Shown piece after piece: positions 49,001 to 61,000 of a DNA stretch of 64,000 nucleotides. The stretch's first letter is position 1. Every line of letters begins with the position of its first letter. Source of the stretch: Balanoglossus misakiensis (taxonomy: Eukaryota > Animalia > Hemichordata); the NCBI GenBank assembly GCA_040954595.2, contig CM082598.2, positions 4,221,837 to 4,285,836 on the forward strand, given 5' to 3'. The notes under the pieces are model-generated. The model ran no database searches. It saw nothing but the letters and a program-made list of their open reading frames with translations, and had not been told where the DNA came from. Made by a program: the position numbers and the translations under genes.

Positions 49001-51504
49001 ACAGGTGTAAAATATGTAATCTGCATAAATAGTACCCGGATTGGTTCACGGGAACAGTAAACACTACGTTAGTTAACTAGCTGGCTGGACGATCGTTTTC
49101 GTTTATCTGGCTATAGGCCTACTACCGGTAGCACAAATTGACGATCTGTTTAATTAGCTAAGGAGGTAAACTGTTGCGATTCATGTGTGCATCTATAACG
49201 TACTGTAAGTTAAACATCGCAACTAGCCTAATGTATGACTAGGAGGAGCACCTACTAATGCGAGAACCAGGGATTAAAAATTCCGCCTTTAAACGAATAT
49301 AGACCTTTAATTTTCGCGTCTCGACGAGTCAGATCTCTCTACACCAAGGTACAATAGGCACTGTTTTCACCAACCTGTAACGAAATGCGCCGAGATGGCC
49401 TCGCCAGTAACATTGCCCTCCCAACGGATAGGCTTCACGTAGACTGTGTATTGAGTGTTCGGCTTCAAATTGACCAGTCTGTATCTCTCCTCTCCCGGGT
49501 CCGCGTAGTACTCCTCGGTCTCCTTCAGGCCAGGGCTTCGATGGGATATACAATAGTTGTCCACTTCCCCTACAGCTGGGCTCCAAGCAATAGTGACAGA
49601 TTTGCACCCGACTTCCTTGATGTGGAGCGGACCGGGCATGTATGGCTCTGAAGAAAGACACCATTTTTTACGACACCGGTATACGCTAAAAAGTAGACTA
49701 GCCCACTAGTCGCTTGGCGATTTTTAAATCTCAATACTTTTTGTGTTTTCGGTGTTTTTTTTGTCTTAATAAATAATTGCAATACTTTTTGCGTGCATGC
49801 TTGCCTTGAGCGTGTTTTTGGTAATGAAGTGAGTTTCGAATTTGGGACTGAGCTTGTGGTTTCGGTTAGTATGGGCCTACGCGTTCCCTACACATAATGA
49901 AGCCCATAGACTTGGAGCAAGTCTAGCTAAAAAGCAAAAATTGCCAAAAGCACACTTTTCACGGTTCTGAAATAGGAATACTCGTCCAATGATACCTCAC
50001 CTTTCCGTACTGCCAATGGTGGCGGGGACACTTTAGAGAACGCCTTCAGACCGCTGGTATCTATACCTGAAAAATGGCCTGTGTTCCCGGCTATTAACAT
50101 CTGCTCAACTTTCGTCATTTTGTCTGCAGAAAAAAAGAAAGATATTCTATTCGTGCTTGAGCTTGTAAAATATCGAGTAACACACAACAAGCAAACATCG
50201 CCAACAAATTATTAAAAGAAATTACAAATGTTATCCATTGAATGTACTTTGTTATAACGGTGCGCGGTCGCCAATGCGGTTCAACCACTGTTACCATGGA
50301 AACAATTCACATATAGCCAATCGCAGATTTTCAGTGGGTGGCACAGGCGAATAGTGTACATCTGGCGTGTGTCTGCATCTACTGGGGCCTGCGTAGTTCT
50401 TAGTTTCAAATACTCGTCACTACAATGTTCTGTCGCTGGTTATAATGTCAAAACGGATATTTGTGTTGTCCTACCATCATATTCCTTACTTCGGGGATCT
50501 GCAGGGGGTACGATAGTCTCCGGGGACCGTTCATCACCAGACACACTTCCCGCTTCTGATTCTGCGTACAAAAAAATACCCACAGACTAGAATTCGAACA
50601 ATAACTTCATGCATGTCACCTGGTCTCAACTTTGCCCCGGGTAGTTTGTCTAGTCACGGTCACTCAACGAACACAACAACGTTTATCTCGGGCGCCGCTG
50701 AAGTTGGTAGAGATATCAAAATTGATTTCAGGAGCAAATCAAACTTGCTTCAGTTGAGCCTGGCCATGTATGTACGTTTATATATCTACGTTTAAATGTC
50801 TACGTAAATGTAAGTGATAACGTAGTTACAATAGTCTTAAATAGGCCTATATTAACATGTACCTGTGAGTGTTGCAAGCGTCGCCGCTTTGCTCTTCAGG
50901 TTCATAGAATGTTTGTGAACAGAAACGAGTTCAATTCTGTATCTCGTCTCCTGCTTGAGGTCTGATATGGTGAATTCGGACGTGGCGCTGTCCACTGCGC
51001 CGGCCCGCCTCTTTTCGCCGGTTTCTTCGTCCACGTAGAAGATCTCATATTTCCCGATGTCTCCCGGTCCACCGTCCCATCTTAGTGTGATTTCCGTCGA
51101 GGTCTTGCAAGTGATGGTTGGTCTCTGTGGGGGACCCGGCTCTACGATCGAGAGAACACCGCAGAGAGAGAGGGAGGGAGGGAGAGAGAGAGAGAGAGGG
51201 GGGGGGGGGGAGAGAGACAGACAGACAGACAGACAGATCCATCAGTAACTTATTTTTAAAGTAAAAATCATGGTAGATGGAAGATAGGAACATTGCAAGA
51301 AAAAATGGGCACGGCTAGGTAAAAGTGAGGAATTTTTATCAGCGACGTAATGTTCAGAACATTCATTTCATTTTTAAGATTTTCGACCTCTGGCTTCTTC
51401 AATTTCACGTTTATAATCTTACCTTCCAGAACGTCGACAGTGTCCACTACTTCCGTTGTCGTCGTGATTCTCCGTTGAGTTCTCCTACCAGCCGAGTTAC
51501 CCAT
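46097..51504 (-). CDS. Predicted N-myristoylated 3xFN3 + G2E3-like HECT E3 ubiquitin ligase (paralog 2); 11 coding exons, ~784 aa
   Basis: Exons 51423-51504, 50863-51141 (FN3), 50490-50561, 50001-50123, 49375-49647 (FN3), 48830-48919, 48297-48566 (FN3), 47616-48139, 47111-47323, 46764-46947, 46097-46341; starts MGNSAG; [31 protein letters not shown], ends GGYSRL*. The small linker exons are less certain. Confidence 0.82.
46405..46617. repeat. (AACC)n/(AATC)n microsatellite in an intron
   Basis: Direct inspection. Confidence 0.9.
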
Positions 51505-51765
51505 GATGCCTCATTGACCGCTTATTTTATTTCGATCACTTCTTGATGACAACTACAAAGTTCAAGAAAAAAACACACAAAGGTTGAAAATATTTCCTCG
51601 GTGTTAAAAGCTTGACGCGACTCGATAACTTTCTTCCATACTCGTTCATTCACACACTCACTCACCAATTCAGTCAGTCAGTCACTTACATGTACTCACT
51701 TTTTTCACTCCAAAGCCAGAGACACGAACGTCGAACTTCGCCAATTTCACTACTGCAGTCTTTAA

Positions 51766-51948
51766 AGGTATACGGCCACCTCTAATTCACATACGCCCAT
51801 ATATGTCAGAAACGAGGTTTTAGGTGTTCTAAAAAACATATGGTGGCGCTCTTTTTTTCGCGTGTGCCACCCACTGAAAATCTGTGATTGGCTAGATCTC
51901 AATTTGCCATGGTAACAATAGCTATATTTCCATAGGTGACCGTATACT
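51766..51948. mobile_element. MITE family B copy (inverted)
   Basis: Reverse complement of 61090-61274 with TTAA flanks. Confidence 0.8.
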
Positions 51949-53422
51949 TTAAGCTATACTTGACATGTACTGTACATAGCACACTATACACGACGTGTAT
52001 GAAAATACCTGGCTCGGTGCCAAGTAACGTGTGCGTCGGTTAGACTTCTGGACTGAGCTCGCTACTTCACAAACAGTGGCATTATTGATAGCATTGTTAT
52101 GTGCAGGGTGACCTGGCAGTGGTATGCACTGCACTAACAAATATTAAACCAGTCTATGGACGACGAGAAAACTAATAATATCACTGAACTCACATACATT
52201 GGTGTTTAGCCTTGAATATTCTTTAGGTATGGTCAGTCCATGTCAGAGCCTTCACATCCACTGTCATAGGTCAAGGCAATAAAAGCAATGGCCAGACTGG
52301 CTGTCTATGGACTCGGCTTGGAGCGCACAGGTGTATTTATTACCCCTATACTTCCGCATAGTCGTTGCTAACGCTCGTGAATATAGTACCTGCGATATGA
52401 CGTCATTGCCGGACTGTAGTCTGATTGGCTATTGAAAAGAGTAGAACACCACTTACCTTGGTTGCATTACCTGGTTAATCACAGACAAATAGAAAAGATC
52501 AACGACCAAATTTTGGCACTGTGGTGTGTTTACTGCCATTGACCCCAGTGTACATTTGACGCTCGTAAAAAATGATCCCTTAACTTGCCTGTAATTATAC
52601 CGTGATAAATTGGGAGCTGCTATTGGTTGAGTTTTGGCAACATGACTCTAATAGCGAAATGCAAAACAAAACTTCCATAAGTTGGATACACCCAGATTCA
52701 GATGAAATATAGCATGCTCTTAGGGATCAAACAAACATTCTTCATGCTGTTACCTTTCCAACACATTATTTATTGCAATTATGACAACATATCGGCACAA
52801 TGTGTTGACATTTCCTCAAAAACATTGCGATACAAGCCTTTGCTATTTCAGCTAGAAAATTATGTTTCACGTATTCAGGTAACAGCACACATAGGTATAA
52901 TACAGTCTTTTTTCATATTCTGTTCTACTTATCAAGTTAACATTCTTGAATTTGCACAGCAACCTCAGGTACTTTTTACAGCTGACCTGAAGCACAGTCA
53001 TCAACAACAACAAGATACATCACCATCTGATTAAACATGGTTTGACACTTAAACAAATAAACAGCAAAATCATCAATAGTTACAATTGTAAGAATTATCT
53101 CTTTACATCAATATTTCCACAGCATGTGTCTGGTCACTCTTGAACTACCATGGTTTGTCTTTGCTTTGATCTTAGATTGTCTCCTTCAAACTTGCTGGCG
53201 TATCAATTTGCTGGTATACAGTATTTCAGTTAGTCTGGTCCCCTGCCCCAATCCCTTTCCCTTTAGCGTAGCGCAGCCAGTGGTGGGATTGGGGCAGGGG
53301 ACCAGAGTCACCAGACTATATCTCAGTCACTTCAAATATTGTGTTTGCTTTCCTCTCTGAACTAAAGCTGAACAGATACGCAATATGATATAATGTGCTA
53401 TGCTGTGGGATATATATCCGAT

Positions 53423-56400
53423 CTAAAACACACTCTTGAAGTTATCCTGGGCGGGTGTCTCCTTGAAGTGTGGCGGCCATGACGCTTGTGCCGATGGTCT
53501 CTCCTTCACGGTCTTGTAATACTTTGCAATGTTGGGAACGTTTTTGTCCATGTCAATTCCTTGACGAGCGAACACGGCGAATATTGGGAAGATGGCACAG
53601 TCGGCGAGTGTGAAGTCTTTGCCGGTGAGGAATGAGTTTCCTCCGAGCTGTAACACGAAGAAACAAAGCAGATGTGAGACAAGGATAAATAGTTGCTTCC
53701 CCAAATTTACCGACATGAGACATTAAAAATGGCTGTAAACCCTAGTAGTGAATAAGTTCATTAGGCCCAATAAAAAATATGTGCTGTTCTGATTGCATAG
53801 TTTTCAAAAATAGGATAGGTAGGTAGGGAACATTTTTTTATTTTGCAATTTTTTGTTATATCTTTGGCCGCCGTAGTGTAGAAGAATGACGTCATAGTTC
53901 TTGCGTGATTCTCGCAATTTTCATAAATTTTGTATATTTGACATTATTATATTTACTTCCGGTTTATGAAGCTCCAAAAAGTTTAGGGTCAGCGGGCTAA
54001 ATTAGGGTAGGTCAGGTAATCGGAACAACATATATTTCTTTATTTGGCCTTATCACATATCAGAACAAGAAAATGTTTGTATAGGCTGCATAGCACTGCA
54101 TTCTCTTACCTCTTTCAAATAACCTTCCCACACAAGAATCTCTTTCTTGCAATCAGCTCGCAATTCACCAATTTTTGCCTGTGAAGAAAATAAGACCAAG
54201 ATTCCAATATGGAGACCTACATGTAGTATTCTGAACAAAGTGCTTGGTTTACACAGCAGACATCCAGATAAGAGAGGGTTTAGTTCAGACAGGTTTACTG
54301 CATGTTTAGCGGGAAAATGTTTTTTCTTAAAACAAGTTCATTTGGACAAACTATTGCCTCACCTCGTCAATATTATCCTTGTTTCTAAACATATACATCA
54401 TCAACGCTCGCATCTTGTCCTGCAGATTGTTGACCTCCACCAATCTCTGGAGTACAGCAGCCTTTTTAGCGGGATCACTTGGGAGGAGTTCAGTGCCTTG
54501 TCCTTTGAATGTATCCTGCAAACAGTGATAAGTGAAAAAGTACATTAATTAAAGGGGAGTGTCGTCTGAACTGACCATGTGCAACTTTTCTGTTTATAAA
54601 CACAGCAGTTGCATCTGTTCAGGGAAACCCACCAACCAATACATGTTATATATCACAGTAACTTAGGAATGTGATAAAAAGTAATGACACATTTTTTGTC
54701 ATGATGTACATTGTAGCAGTTACACTACAGTGTAATACAAAGTAACAACCACATTGTTTGCAATGATGTACATTGTAGCAGTTACACTACAGTGTAATAC
54801 AAAGTAACAACCACATTGTTTGCAAAAATGTACATTGTAGCAGTTACACTACAGTGTAATACAAAGTAACAACCACATTGTTTGCAATGATGTACATTGT
54901 AGCAGTTACACTACAGTGTAATACAAAGTAACAACCACATTGTTTGCAATGATGTACATTGTAGCAGTTATACTACAGTGTCATACAAAGTAACAACCAC
55001 ATTGTTTGCAATGATGTACATTGTAGCAGTTACACTACAGTGTCATACAAAGTAACAACCACATAGTTTGCAATGATGTACATTGTAGCAGTTACACTAC
55101 AGGGTAATACAAAGTAGCAATCACATTGTTTGCAATGATGTACATTGTAGCAGTTACACTGCAGTGTAATACAAAGTAACAATCACGTTATTATACACCA
55201 CCGGCATTGTTCCCACTGTTTAGGAAGACCATCTCAATGGATACATGTTACTGATACTGGCATAAGTGTGCATGAAGCCATCAGGCTGTCCATACATCCA
55301 TACTAAGCTTTGGTATTGTACTCGACACTGCACGTCTCGGACAATACCTGTGCTGTACGATGTACTCAGACATAATTAAATCCCGGTATTTTGTGAATAA
55401 CCTTATACTATAATACTTATTCTAAGAGATAGAACGACAACAAACCTCTAAGTACAGCATTGCAGCAAGGGATTCATTGATAACGATATTTCCATGCTTC
55501 AATGTAGGAACCTGTAGGAGGAAAAAATACAAGATATAAAAGAATTAAAAGAGTAAAGGAATAATATTCAGGATATTCTGGAATGTTGGCCAAACAGTGG
55601 TACATGTAATAACAGTTCTCATATAAAATGGTAAGGTCACACTTCGCTAAATTTTTATATGAATTTCATTGTTTGCACATTTCACCCTCGGAAAACCATG
55701 TTAAAATATGCTGACTCAGCATTTTTTTAAAGCATGGTGATCGACCCACAAACACAGTGATTTTTATTTGACAACTAAATTAATGTTTAATAAATTGAAA
55801 TTATTGGACTTTATGAACTCTGGCCTTATCCAATTACTTCAACTCCATGAATATTTAGGCTAATGATTAACAGATAATGAGTAATCATTAATCTCTATAA
55901 TCTTAATTTTAGAAAAAAGGACATGCATGTACAAAGGTTTATTCAGGGCTGGGGCGTCCGAGTATTCCCACAGAAAGGTGTAATGATTTTGCGCTACCCA
56001 GATGGGCCACTTTTCACTATAAAATCCTCAAAATATATGGCTTTGTTGCGCGAGCTATACACGATTTTCACATTTTTGACCTGGGTCAAAGGTCAAAATG
56101 GGCTCCACATGTAAATTTGGGGTTGGGCTTGTGACATACACCTTTGTTGGAACACCCTAAACATAACCCTAACTCTTGGAATTTACCGAGCTGCTTCAAA
56201 ATCTCAAGTTTTAGGGCCAAAGATTGAGAAACTATCGTGACCCACTTTCATACACTACATTCTATTTAAATCTGGCGACACGTGAAATGTAGGTCGGGTG
56301 GTATGTGTAGCCTTGAGCCCAGGGTAACTATGACTGCAGACTGAATAGTACACTACATTCACTATCATGCATGCTAGCTGGAGGTCGCATTTATACAACC

Positions 56401-56721
56401 TCAATGCAGGTCAAAATATCTAGCTACCCCTTAAAGCTATATTAAAGGTGCCAGTACTGCACAATAGTACAGTCCCACCTCGCCACATATGCCTGCATAT
56501 TCCAAGGACACAAAACTGACACACACTGTTGCAGAATTTAAAGCGCAGCTCACCTGGCCACGTGGATTCAGCTTCAGTATCTCTTCCGATTTGTGCTCCT
56601 TCTTCTCAAACGACACCAGTTTGTTGCCATAGCCGCCCAAACCCTTCTCCTCCAAAACCAGCATCACCCGCCAACACGGCCCGCTTCCAGACCCCCACCA
56701 GAGAAAGATTTCCGATGCCAT
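53423..56721 (-). CDS. Glutathione S-transferase, rho class (GST-A-like); 5 exons, ~226 aa
   Basis: Exons 56554-56721, 55446-55511, 54363-54515, 54110-54178, 53423-53647; LWWGSGSGPCWRVMLVLEEKGL, LNPRGQVPT, NESLAA, FTLADCAIFP, RPSAQASWPPHF. Confidence 0.92.
53764..54049. mobile_element. PIF/Harbinger-like MITE (TTA TSD) in the last GST intron
   Basis: TTA-GGCCCAATAAAAAATATGTG ... CATATATTTCTTTATTTGGCC-TTA. Confidence 0.7.
54550..55230. repeat. 62-bp minisatellite (~8 units, 54700-55188) within a MITE-like element in a GST intron
   Basis: Reverse complement of the unit at 14646-15034; left end TTAA-AGGGGAGTGTCGTCTGAACTG. Confidence 0.85.
55709..55721. promoter_or_regulatory. Perfect Maf recognition element (T-MARE) in GST intron 1
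   Basis: TGCTGACTCAGCA. Confidence 0.5.
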
Positions 56722-56814
56722 TTTTTTGTTGTTCGCGACGGGAGGTCAGTTGTACAACTCAGGTGTGTCGGTGGGTGACTGAGTAAGTGTGCAATGCGCT
56801 GTGCAGTGTTGTAC

Positions 56815-56851
56815 TTATATAACCAGCAAGGCCGGTCACAGTGACTCAGCA
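56815..56851 (-). promoter_or_regulatory. GST promoter: TATA box and antioxidant response element
   Basis: Minus-strand TATATAAG at ~56814-56821, ~95 bp upstream of the ATG; GTGACTCAGCA at 56841-56851 matches the Nrf2/sMaf ARE RTGACnnnGCA. Confidence 0.7.
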
Positions 56852-57026
56852 GATAAAGAGCCCTAGCGGCCAAAATTTGCATATGAATAGAAAATGTCAA
56901 GTCATCTATTTACGGCACATGCATTGTCAATGCTGAATGGTCCCTCCCGCATTGATTAATGTAATGTAGACATGGAGGTATAGAGAACCTGTCATCACGT
57001 GCTGGATTCTTTACTTACTGCTTTAA

Positions 57027-57370
57027 AGGGACAAAGTCTCTCTCTCGCTGCCTTTTTTCCCTTAATCATGTTTGATACAAGACACTGTTTATGTTAATGT
57101 ACATGTATATATATAGTGACTCAACGTTCGACCACACACAACTTCCATCCCGTTTGTAGGATATGAGAGTAAAAATCTCTCCCAAAATGAATAAACGGTA
57201 AACACAGCTTATTCATTTTGGTGAGTTTTTTCACTCTTGTGTATACAAGCGGGATGGAAGTTGTGTGTGGTCGAACGTTGATTCACTATATATCCACATG
57301 TAGAAGAACATAATCAGTGTATCAAACATAATTGATGGAAAAAGGGCAGCGAGAGAGAGACTTTGTCCCT
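57027..57370. mobile_element. MITE family A, full-length near-palindromic copy (~344 bp)
   Basis: ~150-bp inverted arms, TTAA on both sides. Confidence 0.9.
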
Positions 57371-58084
57371 TTAATACTGAAAGCGTGTAGACTAGTGATC
57401 ACTGCAATAGACAGTTGAATATTTATCCCCTAGCTTCATGTCTGAAAACCGACTTTTAATAGTAACACAAAACACGGCCACGTGCCGTCAGCAGGGGATG
57501 TGAAATCCATAGCTCAACGTCTTGAACATCAGTTTTTGTTTTGAACAGTCAGCGCAGTAGGTAGTCAAAGCTATGTGACATCGACACTATCGCCTTCCAC
57601 ATATTACATAAAACAACGTAATGCCATCTCTGCTTTACGCCCAGCTGGGTGTCTCATGAACACTGCCCTCTGCTGGCTACTAAATTGACAATTGACTAAC
57701 CACAGCGCGAGCGCGGCATTCCAGAAATAAACAGCTGACTCATATGCACGTCTTGTCCACGGTAAAGGCTCGAAAAATTCAGTTTTTGAAGAGAATATGA
57801 TCATAGAAAAAACTCGATCATAAATTTAAAAAAAATATCCATGATAAAGATACAAAGAAAAAACACAAAAAAACACAAGACTTGGAATGGCATGATGTAT
57901 GATCCGTAAACTGAAGACTTGATCTGATAAAAAAACTGACCATAAAAAATATATTTTCCTACCTACACTTTCTGAACAGCATCTTATCACACCTACACAA
58001 ATATTGTTTCTTAATTTTCTTGATATTTTCACAAAACTGCTGATATAAAACCTTTATCCAATGCAACGAAATGATGCAAACTGG

Positions 58085-61000
58085 TTATCTTCTTCCCTGC
58101 CTCTGAGTTGATCGTCTTTCTCTCCTTTTGCCTGTCCTCATTTTTTGTTTGAGTTCTTTGGTGTGCTTCTGCAAGATGAATCAAGACCACATTTACACAT
58201 AATTACAAATTTAATCTGTCCATGTAAACAAGAGTAAATGGTAAACTAATCCCAACAAATTTGTAAATTTTGAAATATGTGATGTTTCTAACGCGCACGT
58301 GTTTTACTTAAAGGAAAGGGGTCGGCGCGCCACGTTAGTTTGTTGATAAACATTAGAATTCACCCACAAATCCTTAAAACTAGATAATTTTCAGAATGAA
58401 CAAAGCAGCCAACAGTAGCGTAGACTGAGCATGACAGCTGGGCGACTAAAGATCCTAGTAGGTCGTGGGGACTGCACTGAGGTTTGCGCTGGTATGGGAG
58501 GACATATTCCCCTCAAGGGGACACCCACACGGCGCGACCATACCTTCCCTTTGACAGCAAACCCTTGGTATCGAGAATAACATTTTGGACTAAATTATGA
58601 GAAGGTCCCTAGACCATTTTGTCGTAGACAATATGAACACAGCTGGAAATTACTATACCTCCACTTGTTGGCAGTGAAATTTCGTCTTGCAATGATCTTC
58701 ATTTGCAACTTTTGGATTCTGTATAAACTTCTCGCACATTAAGCAGTACTTTCCAGGCTTTATAAACGTTTTACCTAAAAAAAAAAAAAAAAAAAACATA
58801 CAATCTTTATCAGTGTACTTAAACAGTCAAGTACTCTTTAAATAATCTTTATGCAGGCAATGGCTGCACAGAAAATGACTTTAAGCAAAAATGCACAAAA
58901 CAGTGGAAAATTACCGTAAGCTATCCCAGGGGAGTAACCTGCCAGTAAATGTTTTTCTTCATCTTCATCTGCTGAGGTTTCTTTCCGGTCCCCCCCATCT
59001 TTTCCTCCGTCAACACCAACATCACCATCATCAGTTTCCTGGTCACCACCACCAACATCGTCATCATCGCTGGCCTCTGTCTCTTCATCCAACTCATCAA
59101 TGACAACAAACTCCCCTTCCAGCAAGTTAATATCAAAACCGTCCATGATCTCATCGTCCGCGCTCCTATCAAGATCATCATCAGTATCAGCCATTTCACT
59201 GACGTCAACTGATCCCTCTTTTTCGCTGTGGATGCTCTTATCCCCAGCGTCACTGTCCGGCATTTGTCTCTGTTGGTCTGATTTACTTTCACTGTCGATG
59301 TCCTGCCCGTGGTTGCCAGATGTTTCTTGTTTAACCTGTGCCAAGGCTGTCTTCTGACTAACTTGATCCTCCAAATCCTGTTCCTGTTTGATGCTTCCCT
59401 TTGTAGCCTGGCCATCCCAGATCCTTTGATCACACTTATGAGAATCATCTCCTGACCGGACCATAGATTTGCCTTGAGTACTCGAGTGAGCAGAGTCGGA
59501 CTTGACATCTTCCTCTCGCTCTGTTTCCTCCATAGTTTTGATTCTATCTTTCATTTCTTCTGCATCGTCTTTTTTCGCCACCTGTTGTATTTTTACTACA
59601 TCATCTTCCTCTTGCTCTGTGGTCTCCTCAATTTCCATGCAATCTTTCATCTCTTCTTTGTCGTTTCTGTTTGGCACCTGCTGTATTGTTACTACAAGGT
59701 CGTCTATGCAAAGCATGCCACTACCGCCAGTCCAAGGCAACATGCTTTTCTTGGTGCCGGGCTTTCTCTCATCGCCAGAATCCATTCCTTTGAGTGATCC
59801 TGTGTCAGAACTTCCCTTTTTGTCAGATTCTAGGACTCCAGTCTTTGCATCAGAGTCAGCTTCAGAATCTGAAATGTCCATGTCCATGGTTTCATCATCT
59901 GTCTCACCTCCTCCCTCTCCAGTTTTGGAGGACTCGTCACCCCCTCCCCCTCCAGTTTTGGAAGAGTCTTTACCACCTCCAGGCCTCTCTGTCTGCATAA
60001 CCTCCTGAACACCAGAGCTCTCGCTCGCTGACCCTTTGCTTGGTTCGCTCACGGAACCCACCTGCTTCTGGTCTGCCACCATCCCAGACCTAAGCATCAC
60101 CTCCTGAACACCAGAGCTCTCTGAGTCTATCCCTTTGCTGGAGGAACCCATCTGCTTCTGGTCTGCCACCATCCCATACCTAAGCATATCCTCCTGTACA
60201 CCAGAGCTCTTGCTTTCTGAGTCTATCCCTTTGCTGGAGAAACCCACTACCATCTGGTCTACCACCATCCCGGACCTAACCTCCTGTACACCAGAGCTCT
60301 TACTATCTGAGTCTATCCCTTTGCTCAAAGAACCCACTACCATCTGGTCTACCACCATCCCGGACCTAAATCGATCAGTGATGTTCATTCTGATGGACAG
60401 GAGCCTGACGTTGTACAGGTGCTGCACGGACTGACAAAGCACCTGGGCACAGCACATCTTGATGAGATGCTGACTGCTTTTGATGTGGCCGTCGTAAGAA
60501 TTGATCGTCAGCTCATTGCGCTTTACAGTGTCCCCGCCCTGGTACATTAAAAAAAGAGAAAAGCATTAGAAATAAGGAAACTTTTATTGCAGGGTACAAC
60601 CCATTGTACATTACATCTACTGTACAAACATCTCAATTTACCATTGATCAGATATGTGATTACAATATTTTTGTACCATTTAAACTCTAAAATTAATTTT
60701 CACCATTTAAACTCTAAAATTAATTTTCACCATTTAAACTCTAAAATTAATTTTCACCATTTAAACTCTAAAATTAATTTTCACAACCATACACATTTAA
60801 TATTTTACTCAAGAAATATAAGCAGTCAAGCAATAGGTGAATAAATAATTGATTTAGTCCCTGCTTGTACCAAGTTTGAGTAAATTTGGTCAAAGCATGT
60901 CTGAGATATGGCTGGGGACGTCAAGATAGGTGAAGACAAACATGCACCTTGTTGAAACACTCACCACTTTCGTGTTAATATTAGTTTCGCAGGTGTAACA

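Noticed and set aside
38322-52405. TGACGTCA (CRE) sites near the HECT1, F-box and HECT2 5' ends as shared regulation
   Set aside because: The octamer occurs many times across the window, including in coding exons, so no enrichment can be claimed
53232-53318. Small GC-rich hairpin in the GST 3' UTR as a SECIS or regulatory RNA
   Set aside because: No in-frame UGA in the GST and no SECIS core; more likely a tiny MITE remnant
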